A model generated the notes under the pieces. It searched no databases. It was not told the origin of the DNA and worked only from the letters and a program-made list of their open reading frames with translations. Position numbers and translations under genes: made by a program. 64,000 nucleotides of DNA, from positions 248,374,001-248,438,000 of the forward strand of contig NC_086097.1 in assembly GCF_963921235.1 (NCBI RefSeq), given 5' to 3'. This document shows, one piece after another, positions 52,978 through 64,000 of the stretch (position 1 is the first letter of the stretch; every line of letters starts with the position of its first letter). Source of the DNA: Mobula hypostoma. Lineage: Eukaryota.

Positions 52978-53355
52978 GTACATAAACAATGCTTCAATGA
53001 GACAGCACAAGTCCAGATCTAAAGCTCATTACAGTTAAATGTCAGCTCCCAAGTCTCTTCCCTCTAATTAGTTCCCCATGAATGGATCAATTCCTTCTGC
53101 GTCAGAGATACTTGCAAAAGCACTGTGTTGTTCAGCCACATGAACAATTGAGTGTACGGTAGGTTTCGGTTAATTGGGACACATTGGCACCAGTACATTT
53201 TAGCTCAATTTAATGGCTCCACCAATTAGCCAACCAACTATCAGTGACAAAAAGCACTGCTTTTTGAACACAAACACATGCAACTGATGCTATTTAAAAA
53301 CTTCCGGCTTTAAGCACGTAACGTCTCGTGGCTGGGTTTGAAATCGGTTGGAGAA

Positions 53356-53696
53356 ATGCCAGAGCAGCAGAAATCCGTTCCCAAGAAGGGTTCCAAGAGA
53401 GCTTTACCTCAACCGGTGAGCAAGTCTGGCAAGAGCAAGAGGACAAGGAAGGAGACTTACTCCATCTACATGGTTCACCCTGACGCTGGCATCTCCTCCA
53501 AGGCCATGAGCATCACGTACTGGTTCGTGGACAATATTTTCGAGCTCTTTGTGGGTAAGGCTCACCGCCTGGCCCATTACAAGCAGTCGACCGTAGGCTC
53601 CCGGGAGATCCAGGCTGCCATGTGCCTGTTGCTGCCTGGGGGAGCTGGCCGAGCACACTGTGTCAAACGGGACACAAGTACATTACCTCCAAGTGA
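53356..53696 (+). pseudogene. H2B: Histone H2B pseudogene (deletions, frameshift, no 3' stem-loop)
   Basis: [45 protein letters not shown]. Terminal aagtacattacctccaagtga (KYITSK*) is in a shifted frame. Confidence 0.9.
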
Positions 53697-53842
53697 ACCT
53701 GCACAGAGTGGTGACAAGACAAACCAACAACAAAAAATGACCACACAAGAGCTCACTACTGCCCCCAGTTCAAAACTATTTGGCAATAATTTCCTGTCCT
53801 AATTAAGCAGTATCATGTCCCAAATAAACAAAGGGAATACCA

Positions 53843-54390
53843 AGCAACACACATCAAAGTTGCTGGTGAACGCAGCAGGCCAGGCAGCACCTCTAGGAAG
53901 AGGTACAGTCAACATTTCGGGCCGAGACTCTTCGTCAGGACTAACTGAAGGAAGAGTGAGTAAGAGTTTTGAAAGTGGGAGGGGGAGGGGGAGGAGGAAA
54001 TCCGAAATGATAGGAGAAGACAGGAGGGGGAGGGATGGAGCCAAGAGCTGGACAGGTGATTGGCAAAAGGGATATGAGAGGATCATAGGACAGGAAGCCT
54101 AGGGAGAAAGAAAAGGGGGGGTGGGGAACCCAGAGGATGGGCAAGGGGTATAGTGAGAGGGACAGAGGGAGAAAAAGGAAGTGTGTATATAAATAAATAA
54201 ATAATGCATGGGGTACGAGGGGGAGGTGGGGCATTAGCAGAAGTTAGAGAAGTCAATGTTCATGCCATCAGGTTGGAGGCTACCCAGACGGAATATAAGG
54301 TGTTGTTCCTCCAACCTGAGTGTGGCTTCATCTTTACAGTAGAGGAGGCCGTGGATAGACATATCACAATGGGAATGAGACTTGGAATTA
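53843..54390 (-). mobile_element. 5'-truncated Penelope-like element: GIY-YIG C-terminus plus pLTR, 13-bp TSD
   Basis: Minus strand encodes DEATLRLEEQHLIFRLGSLQPDGMNIDFSNFC*. TSD aaagggaatacca at 53830-53842 and 54391-54403. Confidence 0.85.
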
Positions 54391-55399
54391 AAAGGGAATA
54401 CCAGCTACTTTCTTGATTAGTTTTTGTTCTTTTAAAATTCTCCCAACTAAGAGGTTGTCCCATTTAACCAATGAGCCAGTTAACAAGAATCCACTGCATT
54501 TGACAGCCAATCTGTACTATAATGCTAAACCATAAAAGTTGGCATTTAAGAAAAAAAGATGTGTTGATTTGAGCTATTCTCATTTTGAAGATTAATGCAT
54601 GTTTGTTTTTGTAGAACAATCAAATGACTGCTCTGTGAAAGTGTAAAAACAATTCTCCTGATGAGGGGTCTCAGCCCAAAACGTCGACTGTACCTCTTCC
54701 TAGAGATGCTGCCTGGCCTGCTGCGTTCACCAGCAACTTTTATGTGTGCTGCTTGTCTTTCCATAGTTATTTTTTAGTCGTTGTCTGGCCTCTGCCTTTT
54801 AACTTGAACCCAAATCCCAGATGATCCTCACAGGCATGATAAGCCAGATGGAATGCTCTTGTGATGTAAGATTCTGTGAATCCCATCATTTGACCCAATT
54901 CAATCCGTCTCCCTGGAGACATCTCAACTACCACCCAGTGTAACACCAACCTGTTTTTGAATGATTTTCTGCTCTTTCGCTCAAGCACTGAAGTGGAAAG
55001 AAGTTGAAGTTCAAAAGTTGAAAGTAAATGTATTATTGAAGTGCATATATGTCACCATACACAACCCTGAGATTCATTTTCTTGTGGGCATACTCAATAA
55101 ATCCATTAACCATAATAGAGTCAATGAAAGACTGCATCGACTTGGGTGTTCAACCAGTCTGCAAAAGACAACAAACTGCAAATACAAAAGGAAAGAAATA
55201 ATGATGATAAATAAATAACAAATAAATATCAAGAACATAAGATGAAGAGTCCTTGAAAGTGAGTCCATAGGTTGTGGGATTATTTCAATGATGAAGTGAT
55301 GTTGAGTGAAGATGTCCTCTTTGGTTCAAAAGCCTGATGGCTGAGGGATAATAACTGTTCCTGAACCTGGTGGTGTGAGTCCTGAGGCTCCTATGCTCT

Positions 55400-57090
55400 G
55401 ATAGTCTTCTTCACTGTCCACTACACCTCCAATCTTGGTGTCATCTGCAAATTTACTGATCTAGTTAACCACATTATCATCCAGACCATTGATATAGAAG
55501 ACAAATAACAATGGACCCAGCACCGATCCCTGCGGCACACCACTAGTCACAGGTCTCCAGTCAGAGAGTCAACTCTCTACTACTACCACTCTCTGGCTTC
55601 TCCCACAAAACCAATCTCTAATCTAATTTACTACCTTAACTTGAATACCAAGCAACTGAGCCTTCCTGACTAACCTCCCATGAGGACCTTGTCAAATGCC
55701 TTGCTAAAGTCCATGTAGACAACATCCACTGCCTTGCCTTCATCAACTTTCCTGTTAACTTCCTCAAAAAAATCTAGAAGATTGGTTAGACACAACCAAC
55801 CATGCACAACGCCATGCTGACTATCCTAATCAGTCCATGTCTATCCAAATATCCACATCTAGGATCCCTTGGACTATCTTCCAGTAACTTTCCCTTTACA
55901 GGTGTCAAGCTCACTGGCCTATAATTTCCTGGTTCAAGTTTACAGCCTTTCTTAAACAATGGAACAAAATTGTCTACCCTCCAATCCTTCGGTACCTCAC
56001 CAGTCATTAAAGATGATTTAAATATGTCTGCTAGGTCTCCTGCAATTTCAACACTTGTCTCCTACAGGGTCCTAAGGAAATCTTGTTAGGCCCTGGGGAT
56101 TTATCCCCCTAATTTGCCTCAAGACAGCAAACACCTCCTTCTCTGTATTCTGTATATGGTTCATGACCTCACTGATGCTTTGCCTCACTTCTCTAGACTC
56201 TGTGTTCATCTCCCGAGTAAATACAGATGCTAAAAGAAATCCATCTCTTTTGGCTCCATGCATAGATTACCAGTCTGATCTTCCAGGGGACCAATTTTGA
56301 CCCTTACAATCCTTTTTCTCTTAACATATCTACAGAATTCCTTAGGATTCTTCTTCCCCATGTCTGGCTGGGCAACCTCATGCCTTCTTTTAGCTCCCCT
56401 TAAGTGTTCTCTTGCATTTCTTGTACTCCATAAGTACCTCATTTGTTCCTACCTGCCTATACCTACTACACACCTCATTTTTTTTCTCAACCAGGGCCTC
56501 AATATTTGCTGAAAACCAAGGTTCACTAAACTTGTTATCTTCAACTTTCATTCCAACAGGCACGTCAAGCTTTGAACTCTCAAAATTTCACTTCAGAAGG
56601 CTTACCACTTACCAAGAATACCTTTGCCAGATAATAGCTTCTCCAAATCCACACATGCCAGATCCTTTCTGATACCATCAATATTGGCCTTTCTCCAATT
56701 TAGAATATCAACCCAGACCAGACCTATCTTTTCCAATATTTACTTTCAAGCTAATGGTGCTCCCCTAGACAAACTTTCGTTACCTGCCCTGTCTCATTCC
56801 CTAACAGGAGATCAAGTATGCACAGTCTGTCGTTGGGACTTCTGTATAAGGATGAAGGAAACTTTCCTGAACACATCTGACAAACTCTATCCCATCTAGT
56901 CCTTTCACGGTATTTGAGTCCCAGTCAAAATGTGGAAAGTTAAAATCACCTACTATAACAACCTTATGTTTCTTGCAATAGTGTGTGATCTCTCTACAAA
57001 TTTGTTCCTCTAAGGCCTGTGAACTGTTGGGTGGTCTGTAATATAGCCCATTAACATGGTCATACCTTTCTTATTCTTCTGTTCCAACTG
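55400..57090 (-). mobile_element. Decayed CR1 LINE fragment
   Basis: TGEVPKDWR..VPLFKKG..PGNYRPVSLT on the minus strand. Confidence 0.8.
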
Positions 57091-57616
57091 CCTTTAATCT
57101 GAGACGTTCTAATAAGCTCTTCAGAGCTTTTGCCTGTCAATCACTTGACGTAACTCATGAAAGACGTGTGCTGTCAACTAAATCTTTCTCTTCCCTCAGT
57201 TTCTTCCATCACTGCAAAATGTTTGAGCTTCACTTTCCTCAGTATGTCCCAAAAAAAAGCTGCTGTTTCCTGATTGATGATATCAGCTCTCTTCTTTTTC
57301 TGACTTTTCACAACACTTCCTCATTTGTTACTCCGTGCATCTACAATGTTTTCATCATGCTCTCAAAACCCACATTCCTGCAGCTTCGAGTCTTCCCTTA
57401 TGTCGCTTTGATATTATCCAACATTCACTCTGTACGTCAGTGTGGAATGAACACAGCACCACAACACCCTGAGTTTCATATTCAGGGAAATTACATTATT
57501 GGTCATAAAGTGGAAAAAAACAACAAAACAGACCAGATGAAAGATTAGCCTGTTCCATAATGTGGTTTTCTACAATCCTCAGATTCAATAACTCACTTGT
57601 TTTGTTCCCCATAAAG

Positions 57617-57676
57617 ACGATTAATGACTCCGAAGAGCAGAAGCCGGCTGTAGATGCTGAAGCAGAAGGAGCTCAG
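57617..57676 (+). CDS. AMPH: Amphiphysin acidic exon (TINDSEEQKPAVDAEAEGAQ)
   Basis: ttttgttccccataaag acceptor and cag|gtatgt donor; 60 nt, phase 0. Confidence 0.72.
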
Positions 57677-57944
57677 GTATGTAAATTCAACACATGGGCG
57701 CATCATCTGTTTGTTGCACTTAAATGCCTGCCATCAGCTCTACCCCTATTCATGGTGTGCACCCTGGAACATATCTTTCGGCCGTCCAGGGAAGTTGCAA
57801 GCTGCAGCAATGCTTTTATTTTAACGGCTTGTGTTCACCAGAGGATGCTCCCCGAGTTTCCTCAGCTCCACCTGAACACCAATATTCTGTTTGTCAAACC
57901 ATAAGGCCAGGTGGAAAATCTATCAGAGTGTTCTGATTTCTTGA

Positions 57945-59365
57945 AGAAGGATCTCGGCCTGAAAACATCGACTGTTTATTCCTCTCTATAGGTGCTGCCT
58001 GACCTGCTGAGTTCCTCCAGCATTTTGTGTGTTTTCCTCCGGCTTTCCCCGAGGTGCCTTCCTATTGACCCGAGTTCCTTTTGTAAATCCTCAGCAGGCA
58101 AGACCCCACTGTCAACACATCCCTGAAGAGTTCAATAGAAAGGCTTCTAGTCCCAAGGTTTGCTGGAAAAGTACTTACAAACCACACAGCAAAACAACGC
58201 TGTTCACCAATGTTCTTTTATCATTGGACAGCGCACACAAAATCCTGGAGGAACTGAGCAGGTCAGGTAGCATCTACAGAAATGAATCAACAGAGAACAT
58301 TTCAGGCTGAGACCCTTTATCAGGACTGGAAAGGAAAGGGAAAGAAGCCGGAATAAAGTGGTGGGGGAAGGGGAGGAGTGCAAGTTGGCAGGTGATAGGT
58401 GAAGCCAGGTGAGTGGATTGGGAATGGGGATGAAGTAAGAAACTGGAAAGAGAAAGGTGAAGGGCTGAAGAAGGAACGTGATAGTAGAGGAGAGTGGATC
58501 ACGGACAACCAGAAGGAGGTGGTGGGCTGATGAGGAGAAGGGGGTGAGAGGGTAACAAGAATGGGGAATAGCAGAGGAGAGTAGGGGGGAGTGGGGAGTG
58601 GGGAGTAAGCAAGCAGATGATAATTTAGGATATCCTTCCTAGTCCTGATGAAAGGTCTCTGCCCGAAACGTCAACTGTTTATTCCTCAGCATAGATACTG
58701 CCTGACCTGCTGAATTCCTCCAGCATTTTGTGTGTGTGTCTCTGGATTTCAGGCATCTTCAGAATCTCCTGTATTCTTTTTTCATTTTAGAATTATATCC
58801 ATGGAAAACTGCATGGCTTTTGAACATAGCTTCACAATCCCTTAATTTCAACTTGCCTTCATCTAACAGAGCAGAGCACCTTCTCAGTTCCCTATTGTTC
58901 TGAATGAACTTACACCTAAGATGTCAAAGACACCAGAGATCCAGCAGATGCTGGAAACCCAGAGTAAAACAGACAAAATGCTGGAGGAACTCAGCAGGTC
59001 AGGCAGCATCTATGGAAAGGAATAAGGATCTGACATGTTGGGCTGAGACACTTCATCAGGACGCTAAAGGAAGAAGGAAGAACCCAGAATAAGAAGGTGG
59101 GAGGAGGGGAAGGAATACAAGCAAAACGAGATTGGTGAAGCCAGGTGGGTGGGGAATGTGGATGAAGTGGGAAGCTGGGAGGTGAAAGGTGGAGAAGGTG
59201 AAGGGCTGGAGAAGAAGGAATCTTTTCAGGGAGGAGAGTGGACCATGGAAAACAATGTCTATCTAGGAAAATGAACAGTTACTATTTTGGCTCAAGAAGT
59301 TGACTGTTCATTTTCCTCCACAGTTACTATCTGACCTGCTGAATTCCTCCAGTATTTTGTGTGAG
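57945..59365. mobile_element. Cluster of Penelope pLTR remnants with purine-rich segments
   Basis: Repeated gctggaggaactcagcaggtcagg / cctgacctgctgagttcctccagc motifs in both orientations. Confidence 0.65.
58641..58676 (+). ncRNA. Minimal hammerhead motif, weakened helices
   Basis: agtc-CTGATGA-aaggtctctgccc-GAAA-C-GTC-aact, within the Penelope remnant at 58235-58770. Confidence 0.45.
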
Positions 59366-59440
59366 CTACACCTGAAATTTCAGCCACAGTACTAATTCCA
59401 AGTCACCATTTTCAAATCTGTTCTGATTGTTACTGTATAG

Positions 59441-59506
59441 AACGTGACGACCGAGAAGGATGATGAAGAACACAAGACATCTCCTGAAGATGTGGTGACG
59501 TCCCAG
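59441..59506 (+). CDS. AMPH: Amphiphysin acidic exon (NVTTEKDDEEHKTSPEDVVTSQ)
   Basis: tgtatag acceptor and cag|gtacag donor; 66 nt, phase 0. The end resembles AMPH ...ATVPQ, which precedes the EKVIPSVVIEP exon (not seen in the window). Confidence 0.7.
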
Positions 59507-60857
59507 GTACAGTCCAAAATTCTAGCCCTGATTCCTGTGGCCAGCTTTGTGCATGAGTTATGTTCAGTATTCTATGTTGAGTTATGGTACAGAATTCAGG
59601 GGAAGAGAAGAGCCTTGGGTTACTGCAACTGTCTAAAACAGGGATTCCAACCTTTTTCATGCCATGGACCCCTACCATTAACCAAGGGGTCTGTGGACCC
59701 CAGGTTGGGAACCCCTGATCTACAAGGTGCTGACATTGTATTTTTATATAGAGATGTGGCATAGTCACAAGCCCTCCTAGCCCATAAGCCCACGTCGCCC
59801 AATTACACCCATGTGGACAACTAACCTGCTAACCCATACGTTTTTGGAATGTGGGAGGAAACTGAAGTATCCTGAGGAAGCCCACATGGTCACAGAAACT
59901 CCTTATAAACAGCAGCTGGAATTGGGTCTGGGTCGCTGGTGCTGCTATAGTGTTAAACCAGCCACTACACTACCATGCCACCCTAAATTTTGTAGATTAA
60001 AAAAAGACTTCTACATTCCTTCTATTTCCAATACTCCAACATATCCACTCTCTCTGTTCTAAAGGGACATTCTTCTATTCTGAGATTGTGCCCTCTGATC
60101 CTAGACTCCCCCACTATAGGAAACATCCTCTCCACCGCCACTCTATGTAGACCTTTCAGTGTTCTGCAGGTTTTAATGAATGCGCCCCCCCCTCACAAGG
60201 CCTCATACATAACCATTTCAAAGTTGTAAGATCAAAGCACATTTACTGTCTAAGATTCATTCACAGAGTCATTTTTATGAACCGCCAGCACATCATTTCT
60301 TAGATAAGGTTCCCACAACTGCTCATAATACACCAAATGTGCTCTGATCAATGCCTTATAGAATTAATTTCATTGGCATATGTCATGAATTTGTTGCTTT
60401 CTCACAGAAGTACACTGCAATACATAATAATAAAAAAAACTATAAATTATAGTAAGAAATATACATATAAATTTAATTAAGTAATGCTCTTCATATGACA
60501 AGTTATTTAATCCTGGAGTCATTTTTATGAACCTCCTTTGAACCCTCTCCAGTTTCAGCACATCCCTTCTAAGATAAGGGGCCCAAAACTGCTCACAACA
60601 CTCCAAGTGAGGCCTCACCAGTGCTTTATAAAGTCTCAACATTACATCCTTGCTTTTATATTCTAGTCCTCTTGAAATGAAAGCTAACATTGCGTTTGCC
60701 TTCCTCACCACAGATTCAACCTGAAAGTTAACCTTTAGTAACTCCCGATCTATTTGGACCTCAGTTTTTTGTATTTTCTCTCCATTTGGAAAATATTAAA
60801 CTGTTTCATTTCTTCTACCAAAGTGCAAGACCGGACACTTCCCAACACTGTATTCCA

Positions 60858-61100
60858 TCTAACAACACACATCAAAGTAGCTGGTGAATGCAGCAGGCCA
60901 GGCAGCATCTCTAGGAAGAGGTACAGTCGACATTTCAGGCCGAGACCCTTCGTCAGGCCTTCAGTTAGTCCTGACGAAAGGTCTCGGCCTGAAACGTCGA
61001 CTGTACCTCTTCCTAAGGGTGCTGCCTGGCCTGCTGCATTCACCAGCAACTTTGATGTGTGTTGCTTGAATTTCCAGCATCTGCAGAATTCCTATTGGTT
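60858..61100. mobile_element. Penelope-derived palindromic insert with TSD, inside a CR1 fragment
   Basis: ~95-bp inverted arms; actgtattcca duplicated at 60847-60857 and 61101-61111. Confidence 0.8.
60967..61002 (+). ncRNA. Minimal type I hammerhead ribozyme motif
   Basis: agtc-CTGACGA-aaggtctcggcct-GAAA-C-GTC-gact. Confidence 0.65.
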
Positions 61101-62904
61101 ACTGTATTCCAAGTACCATTTAAGTCCTTCTGTAGCCTCTGTACTTCCTCAAAATCTACTTGCCCCTTTACCTATCTTCAGATCATCTGCAAACTTTGCA
61201 AAAAGCCATCAATTCTATCATCCAAATCATTGACATATAACAGAAAAAAAATCGGTTTCAACACTGACCCACGTAGAACACCCCTAGTCACCAGCAGCCA
61301 GACAGAAAAGGCTCCATTTTTCCCCACTCTTTGCCTCCTGCCAATCAGCCATTGCTTTATCCATGCTAAGGCTTTCCTGTAATACCATGGGCTCATAGTT
61401 TGTTAAGCAACCTCATGTGTGGCACCTTGTCAAAGGCCTTCTGAAAATCCAAGTATACAACATCCACCAATTCTCCTTTGTCTATCCTGCTTGTTATATC
61501 TTCAAAGAATTCCAACAGATTTGTCAGGCGAGACTTTCCCTATTTTGTCACATGCCTCCAAGTACCCTGAGACCTTATTCTTAATAATTGACTCCAACAT
61601 CTTCCCAACCACTGAGGTCAGACTAACTGGTCTATAGTTTCCTATCTTCCGCCTCTCTCCCTTCATGATGAGTGGAGAGACATTTGCAATTTTCCTGTCT
61701 TCCAGAACCATTCCAGAATCTAGTGATTCTAATGGCTCCAGGATCTCTGCAGCCACCTCTTTCAGAACTTTGAGGTGTACACCATCTGGTCCAGGTGACC
61801 TATCTACCTTCAGGCCCTTCAGTTTCCTGAGAACTTTCTCTCTAATTATAGTAACTTCACACACTTCATCCCCCTAATACCTAGAACTTCCACCATACTG
61901 ATAGTGTCTTCCACAGTTAAGACTGATGCAAAATACTTATTCCGGTTATCTGCCATTTCATTGTCCCCCATTACTACCTCTCCAGCACTGTTTCCCAGTG
62001 GTCCAAAATCCACTCTCACCTCTCTTTTACACTTCCAGTCTTACACAGTGGCACCTCCACATCAGATGGTGATGCAACCAGTCAGATTACTCTCCATGTT
62101 CACCTATAGAAACTTATGATTGTCTTTGGTGGTACATCATTTCTCCTCAAACTCCTAATGAAATATAGCCGCTGGCATGCCTTCTTTGTAATTACATCAA
62201 TCTGTTGGGCGCAGAGTAGATTTTCAGAGATAATGACATCCAGGAGCTTGAATCTACTCACCCTTCCCACTTCTGATCCCTTGATGAGGCCTGGTGTGTG
62301 GTCCCTCGATTTCATCTAATACTCACTCTGCCAGACCAAAAAGAAAGGCAGAGGTCAATCCTAAAAAACTCACTGGTATTGAGTCAGAACAAGTCTAGCT
62401 TTCAATGTAATTACCATCAGGGTTTTGTCTTCACAGATTTTACTGTTAATTTGACCTTTGAACACTGCAATGTTAAGCAGAACGAAGAGATTTTATTGAA
62501 CAGACTCGGCATAGAGTCAAAGAATCTGCACTACACATTAAGTAGCTCATTTGCTGAAATCAGAATCTGACCAGCAAAGATAAGTTCCTGCAAATTCAAT
62601 GGCAGCTGACTTAAATTTTCAAAGGGGCAATCTATACCCATTGGCCACTTCATTAGGTACCTCCTGCACCTAATTAATGTGACCACTGAGTGTATGTTCC
62701 TGGTCTTCTGCTGCTGTAGCCCGTCCACTTCACGGTTCAACATGTTGTGCATTCAGAGATGCTCTTCTGCACACCGTTGTTGTAACTTGTGATTATTTAA
62801 GTTACTGTCACTTTCCTGTCAGCTTAAACCAGCCTTGCCATTCTCTTCTGACCTTTCTCATTAACAAGGAGTTTTCACCTACAGAACTACTGCTATTGGA
62901 AGCA

Positions 62905-64000
62905 GTGAAATCATCAAAGTCAGCATGGATTTGTGAAAGGAAAATCATGTCTGACGAATCTTATAGAATTCTTTGAGGATGTAACTAGTAGAGTGGATAG
63001 GGGAGAACCAGTGGATGTGGTATATTTGAATTTTCAAAAGGCTTTTGACAAGGTCCCACACAGGAGATTAGTGTGCAAATTTAAAGCACATGGTATTGGG
63101 GGTAAGGTATTGATGTGGATAGAGAATTAATTGGTTGGCAGACAGGAAGCAAAGAGTGGGAATAAACGGGACCTTTTCAGAATGGCAGGCGGTGACTAGT
63201 GGGGTACCGCAAGGCTCAGTGCTGGGACCCCAGTTGTTTACAATATATATTAATGACTTAGACGAGGGAATTAAATGCAGCATCTCCAAGTTTGCGGATG
63301 ACAGGAAGCTGGGCGGCAGTGTTAGCTGTGAGGAGGATGCTAAGAGGATGCAGGGTGACTTGGATAGGTTGGGTGAGTGGGCAAATTCATGGCAGATGCA
63401 ATTTAATGTGGATAAATGTGAGGTCATCCACTTTCGTGGCAAGAACAGGAAAACAGATTATTATCTGAATGGTGGCCGATTAGGAAAAGGGGAGGTGCAA
63501 CGAGATCTGGGTGTCATTATACACCAGTCATTGAAAGTGGGCATGTAGGTACAGCAGGCGGTGAAAAAGGCGAACGGTATGCTGGCATTCATAGCAAGAG
63601 GATTCGAGTACAGGAGCAGGGAGGTACTACTGCAGTTGTACAAGGCCTTGGTGAGACCACACCTGGAGTATTGTGTGTAGTTTTGGTCCCCTAATCTGAG
63701 AAAAGACATTCTTGCCATAGAGGGAGTACAAAGAAGGTTCACCAGATTGATTCCTGGGATGGCAGGACTTTCATATGATGAAAGACTGGATCGACTAGGC
63801 TTATACTCGTTGGAATTTAGAAGATTGAGGGGGGGATCTTATTGAAACATATAAAATCCTAAAGGGATTGGACAGGCTAGATGCAGGAAGATTGTTCCCG
63901 ATGTTGGGGAAGTCCAGAACGAGGGGTCACAGTTTGAGGATAAAGGGGAAGCCTTTTAGGACTGAGATTAGGAAAAACTTCTTCACACAGAGAGTGGTGA
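62905..64000 (+). mobile_element. CR1 LINE RT fragment, running off the window
   Basis: [33 protein letters not shown] and KFADD motifs with stops and frameshifts. Confidence 0.92.

Larger units (their letters stand above)
53157..54496. mobile_element. Degenerate pogo/Tigger-like TIR element (MITE) containing the H2B copy and a Penelope insert
   Basis: Left end ta-cggtaggtttcggttaattggg versus right-end reverse complement cagtggattcttgttaactgg. Internal gtccca/aattaa motifs recur. Confidence 0.55.
60480..62035 (-). mobile_element. Decayed CR1 LINE fragment
   Basis: SPGPDGVH, NYRPVSLTSVVGK and [11 protein letters not shown] on the minus strand. Confidence 0.85.

Noticed and set aside
53338..53802. 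Functional 154-aa H2B variant
   Set aside because: Deletions in the histone fold, a frameshifted C-terminus and no stem-loop. The TATA/CCAAT-like motifs upstream appear to belong to the surrounding repeat.

Overview
Vertebrate genomic DNA, most likely a cartilaginous fish (ray/skate; inferred from the CR1, Penelope and V-SINE repeat landscape). The window lies inside the central part of an amphiphysin (AMPH) gene on the + strand. I can read about 10-11 phase-0 exons, including the clathrin/AP-2-binding exons LLDMDFDPFKP and TLPWDLW, a 1584-nt acidic cassette exon, and a pair of apparently duplicated 60-nt exons. Bases ~417-22660 are a ~22-kb G-rich 30-bp tandem array (~740 units) with higher-order duplications, ending ~200 bp before the LLDMD exon. 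The remaining introns contain a full-length L1-clade LINE with a TSD and two ORF2 lesions, many CR1 and L2/Rex-like fragments, V-SINEs and Tc1/mariner/pogo-type MITEs. They also contain a histone H2B pseudogene sitting inside a TIR element, and several Penelope-derived palindromic inserts carrying minimal hammerhead ribozyme cores. Most ORFs in the supplied track are by-products of the repeat array or of transposon fragments.
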